From Candidatus Heimdallarchaeum aukensis (GTDB lineage: Archaea; Asgardarchaeota; Heimdallarchaeia; Heimdallarchaeales; Heimdallarchaeaceae): a stretch of DNA of 64,000 nt. A program made the position numbers and the translations under genes. Positions 10,304 through 20,381 of this stretch are shown here, piece by piece. Positions within the stretch are counted from its first letter, which is position 1. Every line of letters starts with the position of its first letter. The notes below the pieces were generated by a model, which searched no databases, was not told the DNA's origin, and saw only the letters and a program-made list of their open reading frames with translations. The stretch is taken from assembly GCA_021513695.1 (NCBI GenBank), contig CP084166.1:704001-768000 (forward strand), given 5' to 3'.

Positions 10304-10525
10304 TTATCGAACTAAGATTTTTTTTGCAAGCCCTCGACCAATTGCTACTCGAGTTTTTTTAACTTCTACAATTATTGGACCATAGTCGTTTTTTACTACT
10401 CTAACTTTTTCTCCTTCATGGATGCCTAAATCTGCAAGAAAATTGTGTGCTTTAAAACCAGCATTAATTAAGAATATATCTACTTTTTCTCCAGCTTTTA
10501 CATCAATTAATGCTTTTGTCATCAT
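10304..10525 (-). CDS. feoA: FeoA (small SH3-like Fe2+ transport protein)
   Basis: The 73-aa product has the FeoA-like pattern GEKV.I..I.....L..LGI..G..V.V and lies immediately upstream of feoB. Confidence 0.7.
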   Translation of the reverse strand: MMTKALIDVKAGEKVDIFLINAGFKAHNFLADLGIHEGEKVRVVKNDYGPIIVEVKKTRVAIGRGLAKKILVR

Positions 10526-10723
10526 TCCTTTATCTACTACAAGGGTTTATAAAATTTTGGTTACCCGAAAATTTTAGGTGTTAAGAAAAGTTGCACAAAT
10601 GTTAATGGTAAATTATACTATAGGTTTAAAGCTAGAGAAAGAAAAGAAAAGTACAATTTTACAAGAATTCTTTGATTGATAAAATATGGACAAAAACATA
10701 CAAAAGAATAAAAAATGTTACTT

Positions 10724-11797
10724 TTAAACTGTTTTAACAACAGGAACATAGAGAATAATACGAGTACCCACAGTTTTTCCAGAACGGCGAATATCTTCAA
10801 CTTTTATATTTATCATGTATCTTTCCAATAATGTTTGAATTACTATAAGATCTAATTTCTTTATTGAAGGATATTCTATTAATGCTTTAGTCATTAATTC
10901 TTTCTTTTGTTCATTGGTTAAAATTGCACCTTCAAAGTGCAAAACAATTGTTGCTTGTTCTTTGTTATAGTCTGGCTCTCCAACTGTTATTTCAACGGCA
11001 ATTTTGTGAGAAACCCATTCGTAAACAGATAGAATAAGATTTACAAAAACCCTGTAATAGTAGTCATCTCCAGGAACATAAAAATTAGCTATTCTGATTA
11101 TTTCTATATCTAATATTGAATAAAAAAAGGATTTTAAGTATCTTACCGCATGATTAATAGCATCACCAATATTTTGATTTGTTAATTCTTCAAAATCACG
11201 AAGCATTAGCATGATATTTATATTTTGAACCAAGTAAATGTTTCGCACTGTTAAATCTCTTACTTTTTCAATTAATTGTAATGATGATTCAGAGAGTTCA
11301 GAGTTTACTCCGGCAATTTGCTTAAAAAAGTCAATAAAACCTATTTCAGCATGCAACTTATTTAACAAATCATGTTGAAATAATTCATAAAGAAATTTTC
11401 TTTGAGCATCCGATTGCGCAAGTTCATGGACATCTTTACATATAAAAACAAGATAATTTGATTGTTCATCGCCTATTTTTGTTATAGTTACGTCAAATAA
11501 ACGTATTCCTTGACTTGGTGTATCAAGAGATAAACGCTGCACTGTATATCCTTCTTTTAACACTATTTCGATTAAAGATTTAAGTTTCCTAGACTCCACG
11601 CACCAATTACAAATGTTTTTTCCTCTAATTTGGTTTAAAGTTGTTCTAAAGTATCTTAGAGTTTTGATATTGGCATCTACTATATTACCTTGTATATCTG
11701 TCAATAAGATTAGATCAGGACTATTTTGAAATATTACGTCAAAGGTATCTCGAAGAATGTCAAACTCCCCTTTTTGAATATCTGAAATAAAGAACAC
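10724..11797 (-). CDS. Cytoplasmic PAS-domain sensor kinase-like protein with a divergent H-box (HDLLN); GTG start
   Basis: An N-terminal PAS-like region (NSPDLILLTDIQGNIVDAN...) is followed by an H-box-like LYELFQHDLLNKLHAEIG. Canonical G1/G2 ATP-lid motifs are not evident. The ORF begins GTG TTC TTT at 11797. Confidence 0.45.
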   Translation of the reverse strand: MFFISDIQKGEFDILRDTFDVIFQNSPDLILLTDIQGNIVDANIKTLRYFRTTLNQIRGKNICNWCVESRKLKSLIEIVLKEGYTVQRLSLDTPSQGIRLFDVTITKIGDEQSNYLVFICKDVHELAQSDAQRKFLYELFQHDLLNKLHAEIGFIDFFKQIAGVNSELSESSLQLIEKVRDLTVRNIYLVQNINIMLMLRDFEELTNQNIGDAINHAVRYLKSFFYSILDIEIIRIANFYVPGDDYYYRVFVNLILSVYEWVSHKIAVEITVGEPDYNKEQATIVLHFEGAILTNEQKKELMTKALIEYPSIKKLDLIVIQTLLERYMINIKVEDIRRSGKTVGTRIILYVPVVKTV

Positions 11798-12102
11798 CTC
11801 TCTAAGTATAGTATTTTTTTCATAATTTTCTCATTATCAATCTAACTACACTATTAATTTAAAAATATATCTCTTAAATATTTATTGAGTGAAATAAAGC
11901 ATTAAGTATTGACATTTTACTTTGGATTTATTGCTGTTCTTATGTTTCATCATTGATTAATTAAGATTTCCTCAAAGTAATCTACAACTTATTATCTAAA
12001 AAAGTCATTCAGTTAATTCAATCATATTTAACATTAAAAAATAGTCTTGAAATATATATATCTTCAAGTCCCATATAGTAATATCAAAATTTCAAAGAAC
12101 AA

Positions 12103-12819
12103 TTATTCGGAACTTTTAATAAGTATTTTTTTTAAGACTTTTTCAGCAGCTTTTTTTCTAGCTATTTTTTTCTTTTCTCCAACTGCTCTTTCACAAATAA
12201 TTACATTCCCTAAATTTACTTGACATTCTATTTCAAATTCAGGGCGGTGCTCTTCTCCTCTTTTTTCGATTAAAATAAATTTGGGCATGTCAATCTTATT
12301 TTTTTGACAATATTCTTGTAATTCATTTATTGGATTTTGTTCACATACAGATTGCTCTAGTAGTTTTTCTAAACCTTCTTTAGTTTTACTTTGATTTTTT
12401 ATTGTTTCAAGCTTTTCCTCAAAGATCATTATTACAAACTTTTCTGCTTCTTCTGCTCCTTTACTAACATATATTGCTCCACACATTGCCTCGACACAAT
12501 CTTCTATATCTGAATCTAATATATGATAGTCTTGTGCTGTTATGATATATTTTGCTACATTCAATTTTTTACCTACTTCTGCAAGAGAATCAGTTCTGAC
12601 AACAATTGATCTGAGTTTAGTAAGAATTCCTTCTTTTTCATCAATATTCAGATATAACCATTTAGCAACAACTAGATCAATGACAGCGTCACCTACAAAT
12701 TCAAGTCTTTCATAATTAGGAATGGATGATTGATCAGTGTAGCTAGGGTGTAAAAAAGCTTCAGTAAGTACTTTTTCATCAAGCTTAAGAGTGTCTTTGA
12801 GGTATGAATAAATCTCCAT
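12103..12819 (-). CDS. rnc: Ribonuclease III (catalytic domain plus C-terminal dsRBD)
   Basis: It has the RNase III signature ERLEFVGDAVIDLVV and a C-terminal dsRBM (PKFILIEKRGEEHRPEFEIECQV...GEKKKIARKKAAEKVLKKI). Confidence 0.85.
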   Translation of the reverse strand: MEIYSYLKDTLKLDEKVLTEAFLHPSYTDQSSIPNYERLEFVGDAVIDLVVAKWLYLNIDEKEGILTKLRSIVVRTDSLAEVGKKLNVAKYIITAQDYHILDSDIEDCVEAMCGAIYVSKGAEEAEKFVIMIFEEKLETIKNQSKTKEGLEKLLEQSVCEQNPINELQEYCQKNKIDMPKFILIEKRGEEHRPEFEIECQVNLGNVIICERAVGEKKKIARKKAAEKVLKKILIKSSE

Positions 12820-12911
12820 AGAAAATTAATTTTTAACACAAAAAAAAAGGTTTTGATTAAATCTCTGAATTATTTAGAAATTTTTATTTAGTTTAATGTG
12901 GCTTTGATTTT

Positions 12912-13850
12912 ATGTACTCAATCATTGACACACATATGGATTCATTTGTAAGTGGTAATCAGTATGCTCCGAGGGATTTTGGAAAGAAAACTAATATTGG
13001 ACATGTAGACTATTACAGACTTAAAGAAGGGAATGTTTCTGCAGGTTTCTTTGCAGTCTATCCAGCACATAGTGATTATCTACTAAACTGGGGTACAAAC
13101 GCTTGGTTTGAAATATTGGAGAACTATCCAGAATATTTTTGTCAAATTAAGAAATTTAACGATTTAAAAAAGGTACAAAGTAGCGAAAAAGTTGGTGCGA
13201 TTCTTCATTTTGAAGGTTCAGGGGGTATTGATTCAGAATTTAATAATTTGAAGAACTTTTATCGTATTGGATTAAGAAGCATGGGAATTACTTGGTCCAA
13301 TATGAACAGATTCGGAACAGGAGTTGGAACGAATAAAGACAGAGGTTTAACTGCTGAAGGAAAAGAATTAGTTCAAGAAATGAACAGATTAGGGATTATT
13401 GTAGATGTCAGTCATTTAAATGAAAAGAGTTTTTGGGATGTTATAGAAGTTTCCAACAAACCTGTGATAGCATCACACAGTAATGCTTGGGAAATATGTA
13501 ATCACAAACGTAATTTAAAAGATGACCAAATTGAAGCAATAAAAGAATCAGGTGGTACTATAGGACTTAACCTTTGTATTAGTTTTCTAAAAGAAAAAGT
13601 CGAAAAACCAGAAAAAATAGGATTTAAGCATATCATTAAGCACATTAATTACATTGTAAAAAAAGCTGGAATTGACCATCTAACTTTAGGTTCAGACTTC
13701 GATGGAGCTCGTGTTCCTGAAGTCATAAAAGACGTAAGCTATTATCCTAATTTAATTAGAATATTAGAAGGAGAAGGTTATTCTTCAGAAGATATAGAAA
13801 AAATTACTCATAAAAATATTGAAAGAGTGATAAAAAAAGTATGGAAATAA
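12912..13850 (+). CDS. Membrane dipeptidase (peptidase family M19)
   Basis: The N-terminal IIDTHMDS (HxD), HFEGSGGI, VDVSHLNEKSF, ASHSNAW and LGSDFDG residues match the M19 zinc-ligand pattern. Confidence 0.7.
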   Translation: MYSIIDTHMDSFVSGNQYAPRDFGKKTNIGHVDYYRLKEGNVSAGFFAVYPAHSDYLLNWGTNAWFEILENYPEYFCQIKKFNDLKKVQSSEKVGAILHFEGSGGIDSEFNNLKNFYRIGLRSMGITWSNMNRFGTGVGTNKDRGLTAEGKELVQEMNRLGIIVDVSHLNEKSFWDVIEVSNKPVIASHSNAWEICNHKRNLKDDQIEAIKESGGTIGLNLCISFLKEKVEKPEKIGFKHIIKHINYIVKKAGIDHLTLGSDFDGARVPEVIKDVSYYPNLIRILEGEGYSSEDIEKITHKNIERVIKKVWK

Positions 13851-13853
13851 TTT

Positions 13854-14303
13854 TTACTCAAGTTCATTATCTTTGTTTATTTTTATTCTTCTCCCAAAAC
13901 CTTCGTCATCTTCAATTAACAATCCTTTAGAAAGGAGTTTATCCACTCTTTCTCTTATTATTCTTCTAGAAGCCGTTCCCCTCTCTTTTCTAACAGCTTC
14001 AGTAAGCTGAGAAATGTTCAATGGCCCCTTTCTTTCTAAAGCAGAGATTATAGCTTTTGATATTTCATCATATCTTAGGAATGGATTTTTTTCAACAATT
14101 GTCTGTGTTAAACTTTTTGTTTTCCTGTATACAGAAAAAGGTGCTTGAGATAGTTGCAATGTGTTTACTACTACTTGAAGTAAATTCAGAATATTATCAA
14201 TATCTTGACCTTGTTCTTTTAAGCTGTTGACTTGTTGTATTAGTTCATTTATCTTGTTCTCCATTGCATTTAACTTCTCTTCAATTGTTTCGTCATCAGC
14301 CAA
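13854..14303 (-). CDS. Hypothetical DNA-binding protein: N-terminal coiled coil plus C-terminal winged helix
   Basis: A heptad-rich N-terminus (EEKLNAMENKINELIQQVNSLKEQ) is followed by a C-terminal wHTH-like region (ISQLTEAVRKERGTASRRIIRERVDKLLSKGLL). Confidence 0.45.
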   Translation of the reverse strand: MADDETIEEKLNAMENKINELIQQVNSLKEQGQDIDNILNLLQVVVNTLQLSQAPFSVYRKTKSLTQTIVEKNPFLRYDEISKAIISALERKGPLNISQLTEAVRKERGTASRRIIRERVDKLLSKGLLIEDDEGFGRRIKINKDNELE

Positions 14304-14632
14304 CAGTTTTCACCTTGGATTCAAATGCTTTTATTAAGTTTAAAATCAAGCAAATTTCTTAATTTAAAAGTTCCAGTTATATATTTATATTGCTTTACCA
14401 GGTCTTTTCTTATATTTCTAGGAACATCAAAAGCTATTAAAGTTCTTTTAAGCTTAAATATCGCTCTCCTCTTCATAATAAAGTTACGTAAAAAAATGTA
14501 AAAAAGAAAAGGGGGAGAAAAAAGTAGGATTTTCAGGATATAATAGATAGAAAGAAAAATTTGACCTACTTTTTTCAGTCTTTGTTTTTGCATTGTAATC
14601 ACAGTTTTTTTTGAAACCTTATAGTAGAGTAA

Positions 14633-15010
14633 TTATTTTTCTTCATCTTCTTCGATGTGTTTTTCAATTTTAACTTGCTTTCCAGTACCTGATTTAATAG
14701 CATCTCCAATAATATTGATTGAACTAGCATATCGCATTACAATTTCTCTGATCATATCTTCAGGTAATCCTTGTTCTTTTAGCTGCTGATAGAGTTGTCC
14801 CACTCCTTTTCCATATTCTTGAGCTATATCTGCACTGTATAACGAACTGAAAATGTTTTTTATAAGGGTTGGTACTTCTGTTGAGACAACAGAAAGTATT
14901 TCTTTAACTTCTTCTGCATCACTTATTTTATCCTTTTTTGTTTTGAATTCTTTTTGGTTTTCCATAATTATAACCTCTTTTTGTTCTAATAAAATATTAT
15001 CATTGGTCAC
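14633..15010 (-). CDS. Hypothetical protein
   Basis: The 125-aa ORF is compositionally protein-like. I could assign no family. Confidence 0.35.
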   Translation of the reverse strand: MTNDNILLEQKEVIIMENQKEFKTKKDKISDAEEVKEILSVVSTEVPTLIKNIFSSLYSADIAQEYGKGVGQLYQQLKEQGLPEDMIREIVMRYASSINIIGDAIKSGTGKQVKIEKHIEEDEEK

Positions 15011-15082
15011 TGTTTTTTTACATTTCGAAAAGAAGTGACCAAACGATGGTCAGTTTAGTGAAAAGAAGAATTACCCTTTTTT

Positions 15083-16339
15083 TCAGATCTGTATTTTCCT
15101 TGCCATTACATACTTTTTTATAAAAACAAAAAGAACTATAGAAAAGAGGAACGAAACGATTGAAATGTAGAAACTTACTTTCAACATAGAGATTATGGTT
15201 GTGGTTTTATCAGCAACTATACCTAACAATATTACTCCAGCTATTATTCCTAATAGTCCTATAGAGTTAAAGATACCATATGCTGTAGCTCTTCTTTTTA
15301 CGTTTGACAATGAAGTTACTACCCAGTAAAAAGAGATGTTATAGATAGGATACATCGGAACACTGTAAAAAATTAAATTCAAAACTGAATTGTAAGGATT
15401 GAAGGTCATTATTCCAAAAATAATTGCTTGAAAAAACGAAAAAATCATAATCAGAGATGCATTCTTAAGATCAGTTTTCACTTTACCTAAAAGATAAGAA
15501 ACAAAAATTCCTAAAATAGTAACAACAACAAGAAAGTTTGAATAAACCCTTGCTTTTATTTCTAAAAAGTCTATAAAGTATAACGTATTAAAAGACCAAA
15601 ATCCTCCAGAAGCTGCCTGAAAGACAAAACTCAGAGCAATTAAAATAGCAAAAGGAGTAACGAAATCAGTTATTTTTTCTTTACCATCCAAAGAGTTGAC
15701 TTCTGTTTTTTCTTGTTCTAGTTCCTTGCTTTCTTTAACAAAAAATATGATAATTAATGAAACAAAACATGAAATAGAAGCTATACTCATTTGGATTTGA
15801 TAAGAATTATCCATTGTATCAAAAATCTTTCCTGCGATAGGACTCATGATTAACCAAGATAAACTCATAACTATTGATATTTTACTTAAAACAACTTCTT
15901 TTGTCTTTTTTGTACTTTTTGTAGCTAATGCATAAATATTTCCAGTTTGAGCTGAACCAAATAAAAAGCCAATAAAAATTACTACTAGAAAAAAAGTAGA
16001 GGAGTTAGAAAATATAAGAGAAAAATACATTAGAGCCATGGAGCCTAGTCCTAAAATAACAAATTTTTTAGGGAGAAAGATATCTGCTAGTCTTCCCCAT
16101 ATTGGAGTTCCAACTACAATCATTGCATTGGTAATAATGCTAATAGCTCCTAAGGCTGAATAACTGTTGACACTAAATATCTCCTTTAGATAAACAGGCG
16201 CATAAGGTGAAAAATTTGCAAATGAAAGAGAAACAAAAAAGATCGCTAACAAAATTAAAATCTCATTTCTCTCAAAATGATAAATAGGATATCCTTTTTT
16301 TTCTTCTTTAAAATTTGTAGAAGAAGTTAGCGAATCCAT
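15083..16339 (-). CDS. MFS transporter
   Basis: It has 12 predicted TM helices and an MFS-like loop between TM2 and TM3 (GRLADIFLPKKF). Confidence 0.7.
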   Translation of the reverse strand: MDSLTSSTNFKEEKKGYPIYHFERNEILILLAIFFVSLSFANFSPYAPVYLKEIFSVNSYSALGAISIITNAMIVVGTPIWGRLADIFLPKKFVILGLGSMALMYFSLIFSNSSTFFLVVIFIGFLFGSAQTGNIYALATKSTKKTKEVVLSKISIVMSLSWLIMSPIAGKIFDTMDNSYQIQMSIASISCFVSLIIIFFVKESKELEQEKTEVNSLDGKEKITDFVTPFAILIALSFVFQAASGGFWSFNTLYFIDFLEIKARVYSNFLVVVTILGIFVSYLLGKVKTDLKNASLIMIFSFFQAIIFGIMTFNPYNSVLNLIFYSVPMYPIYNISFYWVVTSLSNVKRRATAYGIFNSIGLLGIIAGVILLGIVADKTTTIISMLKVSFYISIVSFLFSIVLFVFIKKYVMARKIQI

Positions 16340-16482
16340 AATTTCAAGATTTAATGTTGAATATTAACTTTTCTGAATATAATTGAAAAAACTGCTTTAA
16401 CTTTAAAAAATGTAAATTTAGCTTTTTTTCGATTAAGAATAAAAAGACTCTTCAAGCTGTAGCGAAAAATTGATATTCTTGT

Positions 16483-16494
16483 TTTTTTAATATG
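16483..16494 (+). promoter_or_regulatory. TATA-like box (tttttaatatg) centred about 27 nt upstream of ATG 16516
   Basis: The A/T box is at the spacing expected for a leaderless archaeal transcript, and there is no SD. Confidence 0.3.
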
Positions 16495-16515
16495 AAATTG
16501 AGTGTTTGATTGTAA

Positions 16516-17694
16516 ATGGCTAACGCAAGTAGTGTTAAAGATATTCTTATAGAAATGAAGACACTTTCTGAAATATGCATTGATTTAGCTTTTGCTTCCT
16601 TAATGTATTCAGATGAATTAGTAGCCAAGCAAGTTTTTGTTATTGAAAAACAAATAGATGAACTTTACAAAAAGCTTCTTACACACCTTTCTTTATCAAT
16701 AAAAAGCACATCTATGGCTCAACAGTTTCATATTTACTTCACAATTGGAGAAGCTACAAACATCATCTCCGATTCAGCTGCTGACATTGCGTCCCTAGTT
16801 CAAAGGAATATAGTTGTCGATGATGAAATAAAAGAATTACAAAATCACATGGAACAAGTTGTAGATTTAGTAAGGATAAACGAGAAATCAATTTTTATCG
16901 GAGAATCTGAGCTTTCTTCTGACATACATGATGTTATTGGAGTAGACATTGTAGGAATAATTAGGCCTGAAGAAGGATTCTTCACAGAGTATAATAAAAT
17001 AATGAAAGAAGGAGATTTAGTTATTTTTCGAGCCCCTTTAGAATGTGCGAATGCTTTTATAATGCTCGCTAACGGAGAGATTACTTCTGTTGATGAAGCG
17101 AGAGTAAGAATCATCGAACAAAAAGAAAAGGAACCAGAAAAGAAACTAAGAAGACATCAAGAGCTACTTGTAGATATGAAAGAAAAAGCTGAATTGCTTG
17201 TAGATTTTGCTTATATCCTTGCTCTTGAAGACCTTCCAAATATTAAGAATCTTATCATTCAAACAGAAGAGGAGATAGATGATCTTCAATATAAAATTAT
17301 TGAAGAAGTATTATCTTTGTATAAGAATGACAAAATATCAAAAAGTACTTTAATTGCTTATTTAAGAATGGCAGACTCCTTTGAAGAGATAGCTGATGCT
17401 GCAGTAAAAATAGCTTTTGGCATAGCCACAAAGCACAAACCCTATAGAATTTTAGAGGAAATTGTTGATGATTCATCAGAAGCACTTTATTTTATTAATG
17501 TGACTTCTGATTCTCCTTACCTTAACAAAACAGTTAGAGAAGCAGAGCAAACTGGAGACTATTTCCAGATATTAGCAATTAAGAGAAAAGGAAAAATGAT
17601 TTTTGAACCTGAAGGAGAGATCATAATTAGAAAAGGAGATGGATTAATAATTAAAGAATTCTCTAGTCCAGAAGATGAGAAAAAAGAAGAGTAG
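16516..17694 (+). CDS. PhoU-like helical domain protein with two TrkA-C (RCK_C) domains
   Basis: Two segments match the TrkA_C pattern (GVDIVGIIRPEEGFF...KEGDLVIFRAP and YFQILAIKRKGKMIFEPEGEIIIRKGDGLIIKE), interleaved with helical PhoU-like regions. Confidence 0.5.
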   Translation: MANASSVKDILIEMKTLSEICIDLAFASLMYSDELVAKQVFVIEKQIDELYKKLLTHLSLSIKSTSMAQQFHIYFTIGEATNIISDSAADIASLVQRNIVVDDEIKELQNHMEQVVDLVRINEKSIFIGESELSSDIHDVIGVDIVGIIRPEEGFFTEYNKIMKEGDLVIFRAPLECANAFIMLANGEITSVDEARVRIIEQKEKEPEKKLRRHQELLVDMKEKAELLVDFAYILALEDLPNIKNLIIQTEEEIDDLQYKIIEEVLSLYKNDKISKSTLIAYLRMADSFEEIADAAVKIAFGIATKHKPYRILEEIVDDSSEALYFINVTSDSPYLNKTVREAEQTGDYFQILAIKRKGKMIFEPEGEIIIRKGDGLIIKEFSSPEDEKKEE

Positions 17695-17695
17695 C

Positions 17696-18526
17696 TTAAC
17701 AGAGTGACTCAATCCACTGAATCATATCCTCTATCGCTCCTTTTCCATCCTCAAATATTTCATTATATATCTCATGCTTGCAGTTATCATAAACTATTTT
17801 CTTTTTATTTTCAGAGCCGAAAGAGTTAAACAATTCTTCCTGACCAATCATAGTTGTGTCATCTTTTCCATATTGCATCAAAATTGGAACAGTAATCTGT
17901 TTAAGCTGTTCTTTTACTTTTTTGTAGTGAGTAACGAAATTCTTTCCTAATGCACAAGTAGCTGTTTTATAATTAACTAAAGTGTCATTTATGTATTTCT
18001 CCACATTTTCTTTGTTATAAGATAGACCATTAGGATCAAGCATTGAAGGCAGTCGCAACTTTGGAGCAACAGTACCTAAAAATATCACAATTGGGTTTAA
18101 GATTACAGGATTTGTGCTGTTTCTTGTTCCTGTTCCTGAAAGTATCATTCCTTTGATTTTATCTTGATATTTAATGGCATAGGAATAGGCTATTATACTC
18201 CCCATTGAATGACCTAATATGAATAGGGGTAAATTTTTGTACTCTTTTGTTATTATATCAGTTAATATTTTTTCGTCTTCAACATATTCAAAGAAACTCT
18301 TTGCATGATTCCTTACCCCCTCACTTTTCCCATGCCCCCTATGATCATCCGCGACAACTATAAATCCTCTAGAATTTAGTTTCTTTGCTACATGTTGATA
18401 TCGACCCGAGTGCTCTCCAAAGCCGTGGAAAATTTGAACAATTCCCTTAGGATTTTCAACTTTCCAAATTCTATAAAAGATATTTAGATTATCTTTTGTT
18501 TCAAATGAACTTTCTTTATAATTCAT
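17696..18526 (-). CDS. Alpha/beta hydrolase (lysophospholipase/monoacylglycerol lipase-like)
   Basis: It has HGFGEHSGRY and the nucleophile elbow GHSMGS. Confidence 0.75.
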   Translation of the reverse strand: MNYKESSFETKDNLNIFYRIWKVENPKGIVQIFHGFGEHSGRYQHVAKKLNSRGFIVVADDHRGHGKSEGVRNHAKSFFEYVEDEKILTDIITKEYKNLPLFILGHSMGSIIAYSYAIKYQDKIKGMILSGTGTRNSTNPVILNPIVIFLGTVAPKLRLPSMLDPNGLSYNKENVEKYINDTLVNYKTATCALGKNFVTHYKKVKEQLKQITVPILMQYGKDDTTMIGQEELFNSFGSENKKKIVYDNCKHEIYNEIFEDGKGAIEDMIQWIESLC

Positions 18527-18562
18527 AATGAAAAAAAAGAGGAAGGTAAAAATAAATTTTTT

Positions 18563-19477
18563 TCAAAAAGTATTTTTATTAGATATTTTTAATTTTTCTA
18601 GAATCAGTTTAGCAATGTTTTCGATTGTTTCTTGAATATCTTTAACAGATTTATCTTCTGAATCTATTTCAACAACAGTTTTTTTCTCAATCATCGCTTG
18701 AGTAAAGATGTGGTTATGCGGTATTTTCGCAATAACAGGAAAGTCTTTTTCAAATTTATCTTCAATCTCTTGAGTTATTTCCATGTTTATGTCACTTTTA
18801 TTGACTACTATAAAACCTGGAATATTGAACTGTTTTAAAAGCTCTAGAACTCTTTCTAAATCGTGTTTTCCAGAAATGGTTGGTTCACTAACAACTATAG
18901 CCAGATGGCTTCCAGATAAAGAACTTATAACCGGACAGCCAATACCTGGAGAGCCATCAATTAAAACCAATGATTTATTCTTTTCTTTTGCAACCTGTAA
19001 GGCTTTCTTTCTTACTTCTGCAACCAACAATCCGCTACTTTCTTCTCCAGGAACAAGTCTTGCATGAATCATTTTTCCAATTCTTGTATCAGAAACAAAA
19101 TAATTACCACTAACTCTTTCAATCATAGTTATTGCATCAACAGGACATACATGTTTGCATAATCCGCATCCTTCACAACGTACTATTTCAATATTTAATT
19201 CTTGATCTATTGCTCCATAACGACATGATTCATAACATTTCATACATTTTGTACATTTATCAAAATCTATTACGGCCTTTTTTGTTCCATAATAATCTGT
19301 TTTTTCTGATTTCTCAGGAGAGAATATAAGATACAAGTCAGCAGCGTCTACATCAGCATCTGCAAGAATAGAATAATTTTGAAGTAAGTAGGCTAAAGAA
19401 GAAATTAGTGAAGTTTTTCCAGTTCCACCCTTACCACTTATTACAGTTACTTGTTTTATATCTGTATTATCACTCAT
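18563..19477 (-). CDS. MinD/ParA-superfamily P-loop ATPase with inserted 2x[4Fe-4S] ferredoxin domain
   Basis: It has the deviant Walker A motif ISGKGGTGKTSL, plus CTKCMKCYESCRYGAI and CEGCGLCKHVCPVDAI. Its start overlaps the end of the next gene. Confidence 0.8.
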   Translation of the reverse strand: MSDNTDIKQVTVISGKGGTGKTSLISSLAYLLQNYSILADADVDAADLYLIFSPEKSEKTDYYGTKKAVIDFDKCTKCMKCYESCRYGAIDQELNIEIVRCEGCGLCKHVCPVDAITMIERVSGNYFVSDTRIGKMIHARLVPGEESSGLLVAEVRKKALQVAKEKNKSLVLIDGSPGIGCPVISSLSGSHLAIVVSEPTISGKHDLERVLELLKQFNIPGFIVVNKSDINMEITQEIEDKFEKDFPVIAKIPHNHIFTQAMIEKKTVVEIDSEDKSVKDIQETIENIAKLILEKLKISNKNTF

Positions 19478-20315
19478 TTTTCACTTCCTCCGTAATCTCT
19501 TCTATCATCTGTTGAAATTTCTCTTTCCATTCTGGAAAAGTAGTTAGGAAATTATTACCAACAGAATAGGATTTAGCTATCTTCAGATCAAAAGGAATAC
19601 GTAAAAGAATAGGAATATTATTTTCTTTGCAATAGTTTTCTAATTCTTCATTGCCTATTCCCTCTTTATTTATTATCACTCCAAATTTTTTGTTTAACTG
19701 ATATAAGGTTTCTACTACAACTTTCATGTCAGAAAGACCAAATGGTGTGGGTTCTGCAACGACTATTACATAGTCAACATCTATTACTGTTTCTACCATA
19801 GGACAAGCTGACCCAGGAGGAGAATCAAATATCACATAATCCTTCTTTTTATCTACTTGTTCCTTAAGAGTAGAAATTATAGGTGTTGAGAGTTCTTCTC
19901 CAACTATAAGTTCACCATAGTCAAATCTTCTATTTCCTTTTATTCCTGAAAAGATTTTACCTAAACTCCTATTTTTTTCAGTTATTGCTTCTGTAGGACA
20001 AACAACAGAGCATACTCCACATCCATGACATATTCTATCAAAAACTAATATTTGATTCGGTAAATTAGCTAAAGCATTATATTCACAATTTTTCACACAT
20101 TCACCGCATAAAATGCACTTTGAGCTATCTATAACAGGAATAGGAATTTGTGCGTCTTTTACATGCTGTGTTCTTATATCCAAAAATAGTGAACAATTGG
20201 GTTCATCTACATCTGCATCGATTAATTGTACATTATCCAAGGATAAAAACAAACTTGTGGCAATGGTTGTTTTTCCAGTTCCACCTTTACCTGACACTAC
20301 AGCTATTGAAATCAC
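19470..20315 (-). CDS. MinD/ParA-superfamily P-loop ATPase with inserted 2x[4Fe-4S] ferredoxin domain (paralog)
   Basis: It has VVSGKGGTGKTTIA, plus CILCGECVKNCEYNAL and CHGCGVCSVVCPTEAI. Confidence 0.8.
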   Translation of the reverse strand: MISIAVVSGKGGTGKTTIATSLFLSLDNVQLIDADVDEPNCSLFLDIRTQHVKDAQIPIPVIDSSKCILCGECVKNCEYNALANLPNQILVFDRICHGCGVCSVVCPTEAITEKNRSLGKIFSGIKGNRRFDYGELIVGEELSTPIISTLKEQVDKKKDYVIFDSPPGSACPMVETVIDVDYVIVVAEPTPFGLSDMKVVVETLYQLNKKFGVIINKEGIGNEELENYCKENNIPILLRIPFDLKIAKSYSVGNNFLTTFPEWKEKFQQMIEEITEEVKNE

Positions 20316-20381
20316 TTTCTTTACCTTCCTACATTTGTTTCAAATTAAAAAAAATAAACAAAAACATCTTTAATTGTGTAT

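Noticed and set aside
10526-10723. The ~200-bp intergenic region between feoA and the PAS kinase, considered for a tRNA or ncRNA
   Set aside because: It has no GC-rich stem-forming segments or tRNA-like features and is uniformly A/T-rich. It is most likely just a promoter or spacer.
14321-14602. 93-aa ORF; its C-terminal half (MKRRAIFKLKRTLIAFDVPRNIRKDL...) faintly resembles Cas2/VapD-like N-termini
   Set aside because: The resemblance is limited to a short basic/hydrophobic stretch. The N-terminal half is hydrophobic junk, no cas genes or CRISPR repeats occur anywhere in the window, and the region sits between two convergent or divergent hypothetical genes. It is too weak to call.
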